In this document: positions 51,645 through 59,973 of the stretch, one piece after another
Layout: each line of letters opens with the position of its first letter
Position numbering within the stretch: position 1 is the first letter of the stretch
From: Alphaproteobacteria bacterium
GTDB taxonomy: Bacteria > Pseudomonadota > Alphaproteobacteria > Rickettsiales > SXRF01
Length of the DNA: 64,000 bases
Direction of reading: 5' to 3'
Assembly (NCBI GenBank): GCA_033763575.1
Contig: JANRKF010000013.1
Span: forward strand, 81,396 to 145,395
Made by a program: the position numbers and the translations under genes
The notes under the pieces: generated by a model
What the model was told of the DNA's origin: nothing
The model's database searches: none
The model's input: the letters and a program-made list of their open reading frames with translations, nothing else

Positions 51645-52409
51645 ATGACCCTCAATGATTTCCTTGTCTCCGAAATATTCACCTTCCTGCTGATTTTCTG
51701 CCGGGTGGGCACGGCGTTGATGATTCTTCCCGGTTTCGGCGAAGCATTTGTGAGTGCGCGTGTGCGGCTGCTGCTGGCGCTGATGTTTAGCCTGGTGCTC
51801 ACCCCGGCGCTGCCCGATTTCCCCGCCCCGCCCAGCCACGTATTCACGCTGATGACCATCATGATGGCGGAAATTCTCACCGGTATTTTCTTCGGGATGC
51901 TGGGCCGCCTGATGCTGGCTGCGATCAGCACCGCCGGTATGATCATCGCCTACCAGGCCGGGCTGGCCTCGGCGCTGGTGCAGGACGTAACGATTGCCGG
52001 CGGCCAGGCCTCCAGCCTCGGCAACCTGCTCGGCATCACCGCGATGGCGCTGCTGTTCGCCACCAACATGCATCATCTGATGTTGCAGGCGCTGATGGAC
52101 AGCTACCAGATTTTCCCGGTCGGGCAGTTTCCGAATGTCGAGGATTTCACCTGGCAGGCGGCGAAGATCGTGAACAGCTCGTTCCTGATTTCGCTGCAGA
52201 TCGCCGCCCCCCATATCGTCATTGGGCTGGTGGTCTATCTCGCGGGCGGTATCACCGGGCGGCTGATGCCGAGCCTGCAGGTGTTTTTCATCCTGCTGCC
52301 GCCGCAGCTAATACTCAGCTTTTTCGTGCTGATGGTGGCGTGGAGCAGCATTATGATGTGGTATATGGATTATTTCCGCGACGGCATCTCACAGTTTGTG
52401 GGGCAGTAA
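51645..52409 (+). CDS. fliR: Flagellar type III export protein FliR
   Basis: MTLNDFLVSEIFTFLLIFCRVGTALMILPGFGE... with multiple TMs. The upstream part of the track ORF is repeat sequence. Confidence 0.85.
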   Translation: MTLNDFLVSEIFTFLLIFCRVGTALMILPGFGEAFVSARVRLLLALMFSLVLTPALPDFPAPPSHVFTLMTIMMAEILTGIFFGMLGRLMLAAISTAGMIIAYQAGLASALVQDVTIAGGQASSLGNLLGITAMALLFATNMHHLMLQALMDSYQIFPVGQFPNVEDFTWQAAKIVNSSFLISLQIAAPHIVIGLVVYLAGGITGRLMPSLQVFFILLPPQLILSFFVLMVAWSSIMMWYMDYFRDGISQFVGQ

Positions 52410-52411
52410 AG

Positions 52412-52500
52412 GAGTCTTGGTTGCTAGGTTGCTTAGTCTCTTGGTAAGCAATCAGAAACCAGGTAACATAGAGACCAAGTAACCTAGAGACCTAGAAACC
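52412..52500. repeat. Family-3 palindromic element
   Basis: gtcttggttgctaggttgcttagtctcttggt - loop - accaggtaacatagagaccaagtaacctagagacctagaaac. Confidence 0.65.
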
Positions 52501-52509
52501 GAGATATAC

Positions 52510-53586
52510 ATGGCTGAGGGCGGAGATCAGGATAAGGACCAGAAGACCGAAGAACCAACCTCCAAGAAATTGCAGGAGGCGTTCGAGAAAGGTAATGTGC
52601 CGTTCTCGCGGGAGCTGGGGCACTTCCTCATGCTGTTTCTGCTGGCCTTAATCATCGCGAATTATTCACCCGGCATATTGCGCGACACCCGCAACCTGCT
52701 CGAACATTACATTCTCAATGTCGACACCATCGCCGTCGATAAAACCGGGGTGAGCATCATCTTGCGCGATCTGGCCTTCGGCGGGATCATGGTGTTGGCG
52801 GTGCCGCTGATCGGCTCGGTGATCGTGGCGCTCGCCGCCGGATTCTTGCAAAACGGCATCGTGATTTCCGCCGAAAGCATCAAGCCGAAATTCAGCAAAA
52901 TATCGCCGGTGGCGGGGCTTAAAAAGATTTTCTCGATGCGCACCCTGGTCGAGTTTATCAAAAATATCGTCAAGATCAGCATCGTGAGCATCGTCGCCTT
53001 CATGGCGGTGTACCCGGAGCTTTCGCACCTGAGAGAACTCTCCAACCACAGCGCCGAAGGTATTCTGCTGTTCCTCGCCAAGCTCGCCACGCAGGTGGCA
53101 ACGGGTGTGGCCATCGCCATGTTTTTCATCGCGCTGTTCGATCTGGTCTATCAACGATTGCACCACATGAAATCGCTGCGCATGACCAAGCAGGAAATCA
53201 AAGACGAATATAAGCAGAGCGAGGGCGATCCGATCATCAAGCAACGGCTGCGGGCGCTCCGGCAGGAAAAAGCCAAGCAGCGCATGATGGGACAGGTGCC
53301 GAAATCCGATGTGGTGATTACCAACCCGACCCACTTCGCCATCGCGCTTTCCTATCGGCCCAAGGAGCATAAAGCGCCGGTGGTGGTGGCCAAGGGGCAG
53401 GATCTGATAGCGCTGAAAATCAAGGAAGTGGCGGAGGAACATGATATACCGGTGATACAGAATCCGCCGCTCGCCCGTGCGCTATTCGCATCCGCCGAGC
53501 TGGAGGAGGAAATCCCGCTCGTCCACTATGAAGCAGTGGCGAAAATCATCTCCTACGTCTATAAGCTGAAGGGTCGGCGGATGTAG
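52510..53586 (+). CDS. flhB: Flagellar type III export protein FlhB
   Basis: ...DKDQKTEEPTSKKLQEAFEKGNVPFSRELG..., 4 TMs, ...VVITNPTHFAIAL (NPTH autocleavage site). Confidence 0.9.
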   Translation: MAEGGDQDKDQKTEEPTSKKLQEAFEKGNVPFSRELGHFLMLFLLALIIANYSPGILRDTRNLLEHYILNVDTIAVDKTGVSIILRDLAFGGIMVLAVPLIGSVIVALAAGFLQNGIVISAESIKPKFSKISPVAGLKKIFSMRTLVEFIKNIVKISIVSIVAFMAVYPELSHLRELSNHSAEGILLFLAKLATQVATGVAIAMFFIALFDLVYQRLHHMKSLRMTKQEIKDEYKQSEGDPIIKQRLRALRQEKAKQRMMGQVPKSDVVITNPTHFAIALSYRPKEHKAPVVVAKGQDLIALKIKEVAEEHDIPVIQNPPLARALFASAELEEEIPLVHYEAVAKIISYVYKLKGRRM

Positions 53587-53589
53587 TGG

Positions 53590-55044
53590 TTAGCTAAGGA
53601 AACGTCCGCCATTATCCATGGGAATGCCCGGCACTTGAACGCCATCCGGGTTCGTATCCATCTTTGTTGCACCCTGCCCCTTAAAATTCACGGCGTTGGC
53701 CGCCAGTGCTTTCACATCCGTGTCCAGGGGGTCATTGGAAGCGGTGAACTGTTCATATTTTATCTGAGCAAAATGATCTTGCAGCGCCCTCTGGCTATTA
53801 TCACCGGGATATATAACCCTTTTGTTCATTCTCTCTATCTGCGCATCCGACAACTGCATACCCTCCGGCAATTGCATGGAGAAGCGCCCCGGATATTCCT
53901 CCACCGGCCTTAATTTATTGCTGACTTTACCAACATGCACCAGCGGCTTGCCATTAATCACCGGCGCACCCAGCACTACCGTACGAGTTGCTTCATCCCA
54001 GCCGACGATGTGCAGCTTCGGTGGCGGAGCAAAGAACGGGCTGTTAAGTGCAGTGCCGGTATTCGTCATCACATCAGGATTTTCAAGCGCTTCGCTGGCA
54101 GCCTGATAAGATGCATGATGACGCTGTGTGACCGAATGCATCGCATGCTCGTAACGCGCCGCGCGGTCTGCCGGCGCAAGGGGGCTGCTAAAACCCGCCC
54201 CCGAATCCTGGTAGCTGGTCATGCCCATACGGTCGCGCTGGTTAAGTATCTCCATTTTTCTTGCACGTTCCAACCACACATTGCCGCCGGGATTGCTGCG
54301 CGCCCAACCACGGAGTTTTTCCTGTTCCAAATCTTCACGCAACCCCGGCAGCGTATCGTGATTGGTTAGTCGCGCCATTACCCGTGGATCATGGATATCA
54401 TGTCCGTGATACTGCGTGCCGGTCAGGTGCGAAGTGCTGGCGCGCAGGGCGACATTACGTTCCATTTCCTCAAGCCTAAGTTCCGATTCGATATTTTGCC
54501 GGAAACCACTGACGGCACGATTGATTCGGACGCGATCAGGATTTTCCTCTCTCGTGGCGGGGAAATTTCCGCCTTGCGCAACGGCATCCAGCTCCGGCTC
54601 AGTGATGGCATTTTTTTCCACCACTTGCAAAAGCTTGCCCCAGCAAGCTGCGCGTTGCATGCCGTGATCCGCCGCCGCCGTGTGCTCGGCGTCAAGATAT
54701 TGCGAGCGCTCACGACGCATTGGATTGAAATCGGCAAAAATATTTTCTTCCGGCAATTGCGGCATGGCGCCTTTTTCACGCGTCGCCCACTGCTCCTCCG
54801 CCTGCTGCGCGCCCTGCATATCCGCCATTAATTTATTGAACGCCGCCTGCGACATCATGCTGATTTTCTGCTCCTGCTCGGCGTCCTCAAAACGACGTGT
54901 TTCTTTGGAATCCGGGGAATAAACGGCGGGGAACACTGTGGCATAGCGTAGCGCCCCGCCCTGTTTCATATCCATAGCGAATTTATGCACGGTGACGTCA
55001 CCGTCATCTCCCGCGACCGCAATGTTGAACATCACTTCATTCAT
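53590..55044 (-). CDS. Hypothetical 484-aa protein (orphan, effector-like)
   Basis: Long ORF with GGAGAGGTTATG context and the shared promoter-like block upstream. No TM or signal peptide, and no family recognised. Confidence 0.6.
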   Translation of the reverse strand: MNEVMFNIAVAGDDGDVTVHKFAMDMKQGGALRYATVFPAVYSPDSKETRRFEDAEQEQKISMMSQAAFNKLMADMQGAQQAEEQWATREKGAMPQLPEENIFADFNPMRRERSQYLDAEHTAAADHGMQRAACWGKLLQVVEKNAITEPELDAVAQGGNFPATREENPDRVRINRAVSGFRQNIESELRLEEMERNVALRASTSHLTGTQYHGHDIHDPRVMARLTNHDTLPGLREDLEQEKLRGWARSNPGGNVWLERARKMEILNQRDRMGMTSYQDSGAGFSSPLAPADRAARYEHAMHSVTQRHHASYQAASEALENPDVMTNTGTALNSPFFAPPPKLHIVGWDEATRTVVLGAPVINGKPLVHVGKVSNKLRPVEEYPGRFSMQLPEGMQLSDAQIERMNKRVIYPGDNSQRALQDHFAQIKYEQFTASNDPLDTDVKALAANAVNFKGQGATKMDTNPDGVQVPGIPMDNGGRFLS

Positions 55045-55097
55045 AACCTCTCCGCTCGATGCGTCGTGTTTTACTTACAGGGTCATTATAACCCATT

Positions 55098-55129
55098 TAT
55101 ATAAAGTAATTATGTGACAGTTTTATGAA
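55098..55129 (-). promoter_or_regulatory. Shared promoter-like block, copy C (AAAC-TGTCACATA...TATATA)
   Basis: The minus strand reads ttcataaaactgtcacataattactttatata. The first 18 nt match copies A and B, with the same 16-nt spacing to a TATATA box. TTATAAT lies further downstream, about 55-85 nt before the ATG. Confidence 0.45.
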
Positions 55130-55264
55130 TATTGTGTGATGACCCGCCACATTCCGGGCGGAATTAGAGAAAAAACAGAGAATTCAGCCGGTTGTTAATA
55201 TATTTTCTGCGCAGAAACCAAAAAACCAGTTGTATCCGGGGCGTGATTTCCTTAAAGATTAGGC

Positions 55265-56281
55265 ATGGCAACACGTTACATTGACATGGGGTTGGATGCG
55301 ACGGGGGCGCGGGATTTCGTCGTCCGCAGCCGCGTGCCAAGCTTCACCCAGATCCTCATCATCTTTGCCAGCGCCTTTTTGATTGCCGTCAGCATCACCG
55401 TATCGGTGCATGACGTGGTGCAGCTCATCGTCACGCTGCTCGCCCTTTTCGCCATCCTTGGCTGGTATATCATCATCCAGCTCATGCGCAGCCGCGACAT
55501 GCTGCTGGTCACCGAATTCCAGAACGCGCTCTTTGCCTCGGCGATGGGGCTGCACAACAAATTCTGCCTCATCATCAAGCGCGACGGCTTCATCGTCTAT
55601 CTCGACCGCTCGTTCCAGCGCCTGTTTCCGGAGATCGTCCAAAGCTCCACCCGCACGGTGGATATGCTGCTGCGCCACGGGAAAGTGGACCAGATAGACT
55701 GCGACCGCGTGCTTTCCGCGCTGGATAAAGGCACCTACGAAAAAGTTATTTTCGACATCACCGACGCGCAGGGCGTTGTGCATCACATCGTCCTTTCGGT
55801 AGAGCCGATCATGCGGCCCGCCGGGTTCACCATGCTGCGCGGGCGGGAATATATCGAAGACCGTAATAGCAATTTTGCCGGAGGCGGCGGCGCGGGCATG
55901 TTCAGCAAATCGTCGGTTACGTTGTTTTCGCACGTGATGGAAAGCATGAAAATGGGCGTCTATATCAGCTCGCCCAACGGCAGCCTGGTCTATTGCAATC
56001 CGCTGTTGGAAGAATGGCTGGGCTATGGCGAAGGCGAGGTCATCACCCGCAACCTGAACGTCGATCACCTCATCCCGGCGGGGCGCAATCCCGGCATGTC
56101 CGCCGAACCGGCCGATTTCGAGGGCACGGTGCAGCTCGAGAAAAAAGTCGGCGGATTCCTCAAGGCCTTCCTCAACCAGCGTGCGATTCATAACGAGTCC
56201 GGGCAGCTGATGGGCTGCACCGCCGTGGTGCATCTCTACAACGACGATAATCCGCTGGACGAGACGCCGAAGGGGTTCTAG
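55265..56281 (+). CDS. CckA-like N-terminal module (2 TM + PAS-like region), ended by an in-frame TAG
   Basis: TMs FTQILIIFASAFLIAVSITVSV and LIVTLLALFAILGWYIIIQLM, then PAS-like segments. It is in the same reading frame as 56291..57847, separated only by TAG plus 3 codons. Confidence 0.6.
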   Translation: MATRYIDMGLDATGARDFVVRSRVPSFTQILIIFASAFLIAVSITVSVHDVVQLIVTLLALFAILGWYIIIQLMRSRDMLLVTEFQNALFASAMGLHNKFCLIIKRDGFIVYLDRSFQRLFPEIVQSSTRTVDMLLRHGKVDQIDCDRVLSALDKGTYEKVIFDITDAQGVVHHIVLSVEPIMRPAGFTMLRGREYIEDRNSNFAGGGGAGMFSKSSVTLFSHVMESMKMGVYISSPNGSLVYCNPLLEEWLGYGEGEVITRNLNVDHLIPAGRNPGMSAEPADFEGTVQLEKKVGGFLKAFLNQRAIHNESGQLMGCTAVVHLYNDDNPLDETPKGF

Positions 56282-56290
56282 CAAGGTATC

Positions 56291-57847
56291 ATGACACAAC
56301 CGACCGATAATATTCTCGACCAGTTCATCGCCCGTTCGCCGATCCCGATGACACTCATCGACCGCGCAGGCGCGCTGCTTTTCGGCAACGAGGCGTTCCA
56401 CATCCTGACCCAGCAAACGCTCGCGGGCAGCCTGCCGGTCTATATGGAAACGCTCTTCACCAAAGAGAAAATGGCGGAGGCGAAGCAGCAGCTCACACAG
56501 TTCATCACCGGGCAGATGTCCGAGGAGCCAGTGGTGTTCGAACTGCACCTGCCGAACAATGTCGAGATGATCGTGTCCTGTTATGCCAGCCCGTTCAGCG
56601 ATGAGCATATATTGCTGCACCTCATCAACATTACCGAGCAGAAACAGCTGGAGCTGCGCTTCGCCCACTCACAGAAAATGCAGGCGGTGGGCCAGCTTGC
56701 GGGCGGCGTCGCGCATGATTTCAACAACCTGCTCACAGCCATGATCGGCTTTTGCGACCTGCTGCTGATGCGTCACCCGGCGGGCGACCAGTCGTTCGCC
56801 GACATCATGCAGATCAAGCAGAATGCCAACCGTGCAGCGAACCTCGTGCGGCAGCTGCTCGCCTTCTCGCGCCGGCAGACCTTGCAGCCGAAAATTCTTG
56901 AGTTGACCGATGTGCTGGCCGAGCTTTCAAACCTCGTGCGGCGGCTCATCGGTGAGAATATCGAGCTGAAAATGTTCTATGGTCGCGACATCAGCAACAT
57001 CCGCGCCGACCAGGGGCAGCTCGAGCAGGTGCTCATCAACCTCGCGGTGAATGCGCGTGACGCGATGAAGGGCGGTGGCACGCTCACCATCCGCACCTCG
57101 CAGGTCACCATCGGCAAAGACCATGTCCTGCCCGCCAATGTCATCGCCCCGTCCGACGAGGACACCAAATTACCGGCAGGCGAATATGTGCTGGTCGAGG
57201 TGATTGATACCGGCACCGGCATACCGAGACATATTATCCAAAAAATCTTCGAGCCGTTCTTTTCCACCAAGGAAGTCGGCTCCGGCACCGGCCTTGGGCT
57301 CTCCACCGTTTACGGCATCATCAAGCAGAGCGGCGGCTATGTATTTGTCGAAAGCACCGAAGATGTCGGCACTAATTTCCAGCTTTATTTCCCCGCCGTA
57401 AGCGCCGAGGAAGAAGCTGCCGCCAAAGCGCAGGAACAGGAAGTGGTGCAGAAGGAAACGCATCAGGATTTAACCGGCGACTGCACGATCCTGCTGGTGG
57501 AAGACGAGATGCCGGTACGCACATTCGCGGCGCGGGCGCTTTCCAACAAAGGCTATAAAATTATCGAGGCCGATTGCGCGGAAACCGCACTGGAACTCAT
57601 GGAAGAGCATGGAGGCAAGGTCGAGCTGATCGTCACCGACGTCATCATGCCCGGCATGACCGGCCCATCGATGATCGAAAAAATCATGCCGAAATTCCCG
57701 AACGTGAAAGTGATTTTCATGTCCGGCTACGCCGAAGAGGCCTTCGTCGATAATTACGGCGTGCAGCGCGATTTCAATTTCCTCGCCAAACCGTTCACGC
57801 TCAAGCAACTCGCGAGCAAGGTGAAAGACGTGGCGGGCGGCGGATGA
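56291..57847 (+). CDS. cckA: CckA-type hybrid histidine kinase (PAS-DHp-CA-REC)
   Basis: [32 protein letters not shown]...[12 protein letters not shown]...[22 protein letters not shown]...[18 protein letters not shown], plus a receiver domain (ILLVEDE...DVIMPGM...KPF). This is a close match to the CckA H-box region. Confidence 0.8.
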   Translation: MTQPTDNILDQFIARSPIPMTLIDRAGALLFGNEAFHILTQQTLAGSLPVYMETLFTKEKMAEAKQQLTQFITGQMSEEPVVFELHLPNNVEMIVSCYASPFSDEHILLHLINITEQKQLELRFAHSQKMQAVGQLAGGVAHDFNNLLTAMIGFCDLLLMRHPAGDQSFADIMQIKQNANRAANLVRQLLAFSRRQTLQPKILELTDVLAELSNLVRRLIGENIELKMFYGRDISNIRADQGQLEQVLINLAVNARDAMKGGGTLTIRTSQVTIGKDHVLPANVIAPSDEDTKLPAGEYVLVEVIDTGTGIPRHIIQKIFEPFFSTKEVGSGTGLGLSTVYGIIKQSGGYVFVESTEDVGTNFQLYFPAVSAEEEAAAKAQEQEVVQKETHQDLTGDCTILLVEDEMPVRTFAARALSNKGYKIIEADCAETALELMEEHGGKVELIVTDVIMPGMTGPSMIEKIMPKFPNVKVIFMSGYAEEAFVDNYGVQRDFNFLAKPFTLKQLASKVKDVAGGG

Positions 57848-58500
57848 GCTGGCTGGAACCCATCGATATTTATTGCGAGCGGATGGACGCCTCGTTCTTC
57901 GCCGAGCCGCTGAACGCGATTTCCAACGCCGCATTTTTTATCGCCGCCTGGTGCGCCTACTGCCTCTACCGCAAGAGCGGATGCCGGGAAAAAATCCTGC
58001 TGCTGCCGATCATACTCATCGCGCTGGTCGGCACCGGCAGCACGCTGTTTCACACCTTCGCCAACCGCATCACCGAAATGGCGGATGTCATCCCCATCGT
58101 CACCTTCGTGCTGGTCGCCCTGTGGATGCTGCTGCGCCGCCTGCTCGCGTTCACTCTGGCGCAAACCCTGCTGGCGCTCGGTATTTTCGTGCTACTTGCC
58201 TCGCAGACCGGACAAGTGCCGGGTCCGTTCCGCCTGAACGGCTCGATCATGTATGTGCCGTGCCTGCTGATGCTGCTGTTCATCTGGGCGAAGCTGCAAC
58301 TTCGCGCCCACCCCGCCGCCGGCGCCATCCTGCGCGCCGCCGGGATATTCGTCGTGTCGCTCACCTTCCGCAGCGTCGACATGGCGGTGTGCGACGCCCT
58401 GCCCATCGGCACCCACATATTGTGGCACCTGTTAAACGGCGTCGTGCTCTACCTCATCGCCAAAAGTTTGCTGGTTGCAAAAGCACCAAACAACATTTAA
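57844..58500 (+). CDS. Ceramidase-family (alkaline phytoceramidase-like) integral membrane protein
   Basis: About 7 TMs. N-terminus IDIYCERMDASFFAEPLNAISNAAFFIAA resembles bacterial ceramidase-domain proteins. ATGA overlap with cckA. Confidence 0.55.
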   Translation: MSWLEPIDIYCERMDASFFAEPLNAISNAAFFIAAWCAYCLYRKSGCREKILLLPIILIALVGTGSTLFHTFANRITEMADVIPIVTFVLVALWMLLRRLLAFTLAQTLLALGIFVLLASQTGQVPGPFRLNGSIMYVPCLLMLLFIWAKLQLRAHPAAGAILRAAGIFVVSLTFRSVDMAVCDALPIGTHILWHLLNGVVLYLIAKSLLVAKAPNNI

Positions 58501-59012
58501 CGAGAACTACCGCGACCCTGAGAACTATTGCGACCCTGTTCGGTATCCGTGAACTGCGCCCTAAATTCTGTCATAAAATCCATCGGATTTTCTACCGTTT
58601 TATAAAGTGTAATCGTAATAGGAGCGGATCCGCTACCAACAGCAGTGCCGCGTTGTTCTTCCGCGCTATCAAACTTAAATTTGCCGGCGCTGGCACTCAT
58701 TAAATACTCCGCCACAGCCTCAACCTGCCTCCTCGAGACCCCAGTGTTATTCGAACTTAATCTAACGACCACCACCCCACTCGTGCCATCTGCATCTCCA
58801 TCTCCACCAACCTTTGCTGGTTGACTTGTATCGTCAGCGCGGCTGAAAACACCGCTAAAATCATTAACGGGGGTCACGCCATCCTGCGATATCTCTATCC
58901 CTTTGCCTTTGCTAAGCATAGTGCTCAATATTTCGACCGCAGGGACCCAATCAGGATTCCCCTCTTTCCAGTTTTCAGCGCTTTTACCTGGAAATTTATC
59001 AGCAAATGCCAT
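58497..59012 (-). CDS. Hypothetical protein (orphan, AT-richer)
   Basis: Start is set at MAFADKF (ATG 59012) with an AAGGAGAAAAATATG RBS. 171 aa, no family recognised. Confidence 0.45.
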   Translation of the reverse strand: MAFADKFPGKSAENWKEGNPDWVPAVEILSTMLSKGKGIEISQDGVTPVNDFSGVFSRADDTSQPAKVGGDGDADGTSGVVVVRLSSNNTGVSRRQVEAVAEYLMSASAGKFKFDSAEEQRGTAVGSGSAPITITLYKTVENPMDFMTEFRAQFTDTEQGRNSSQGRGSSR

Positions 59013-59208
59013 ATTTTTCTCCTTTGTTTGTAAAATATGAGTCGGCGTAACCCTATCAGAATAGCAACCAAAGATCAATAAGATTTATTTATATTAAAAA
59101 TTATTAATAAAACATTGAGCATTTCAGCACAACAAAGAACCGCTTGAAACTGCGGTGAAGTTATCTTAGCCTGCGCGGGAAGCGCTCACCCCTCACCCTG
59201 TCGGTTTT

Positions 59209-59505
59209 ATGCCCCTCGCCCGTATTTATCTTCCCACGAAAAACGCCATGCAATCAGGCGGGGCCAAGGATGAATGGCTGCTGGAATTTGTGCCGGAAAC
59301 GCCGTATTTCACCGATAATCTGATGGGCTGGACGGGCATGGAAGGCACCGTGCGCGAAATCCGCATGCAGTTTCCCAGCTCCGAGGCAGCCATCGCCTAC
59401 GCCAAAAAGCACGGCATTTCCTATGATCTGGAGCTGCCCAACCCCACCGGGCAGGTCAAAAAGGCCTATGCCGATAATTTTGGCTTTAAGAAGATAAAAG
59501 CATAA
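59209..59505 (+). CDS. ETC complex I subunit conserved-region protein (NDUFS4/18-kDa-like)
   Basis: ARIY.P.KNAMQSG.....W.LEF.P........LMGWTG......V...F.S.E.AI.YA...G. The pattern is fully matched. Confidence 0.8.
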   Translation: MPLARIYLPTKNAMQSGGAKDEWLLEFVPETPYFTDNLMGWTGMEGTVREIRMQFPSSEAAIAYAKKHGISYDLELPNPTGQVKKAYADNFGFKKIKA

Positions 59506-59591
59506 TAATATCAACGCCCTAGCCACATACGTGACCGAGCCGAGGAGGCTCCATCGCAAGCAGGTTTGCAGCGGGAGTAGAATGAAGCCGG

Positions 59592-59616
59592 GTGTCACAC
59601 AAACGTCACAATAAAT
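59592..59616 (+). promoter_or_regulatory. Shared promoter-like block, copy D (TGTCACACAAACG)
   Basis: gtgtcacacaaacgtcacaataaat. The core is identical to copy A apart from a 2-nt deletion. It lies about 55-80 nt upstream of ATG 59672. Confidence 0.35.
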
Positions 59617-59671
59617 CGGTAACATTTTCCTGCTAATATGCTATGCTGTAACCATAAAACTGGAGCATACG

Positions 59672-59959
59672 ATGAAACGTTTTACCATTCCCTGTGATTT
59701 CAGCGGCACCAAATATCCGTTCCATGTCTATGTCGGGGAGCCGCACCCGGCGCGGCATCCGCTGCAGAACCAGGCGTGGTGGCTCTCGTCGATCCGCGGC
59801 GGCACCATCCCGCAGGACGTGATGGACAGTTTCGAGCGCCTCCACAAAATCGCCATTGAGAATAACGTATCGTTCGAGGATCTGTGTGTCTATGCGCTGG
59901 GCACGGCGGCGGCGGAAGAAGGCAAAAAAGTCGAAGTGCAGGACAACGCGACCAGCTAA
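59672..59959 (+). CDS. DUF2610-like small protein
   Basis: MKRFTIPCDFSGTKYPFHVYVGEPHPARHPLQNQAWWLSSIRGGTIPQDVMDSFERLHKIAIENNVSFEDLCVYALG. From memory this matches the Rickettsiales-type DUF2610 pattern; not verified. Confidence 0.5.
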   Translation: MKRFTIPCDFSGTKYPFHVYVGEPHPARHPLQNQAWWLSSIRGGTIPQDVMDSFERLHKIAIENNVSFEDLCVYALGTAAAEEGKKVEVQDNATS

Positions 59960-59973
59960 CATGATGGCACCTT

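Noticed and set aside
55259-56668. 469-aa minus-strand ORF across the cckA-like genes
   Set aside because: It is an antisense shadow. The plus-strand frames carry clear TM, PAS and H-box motifs.
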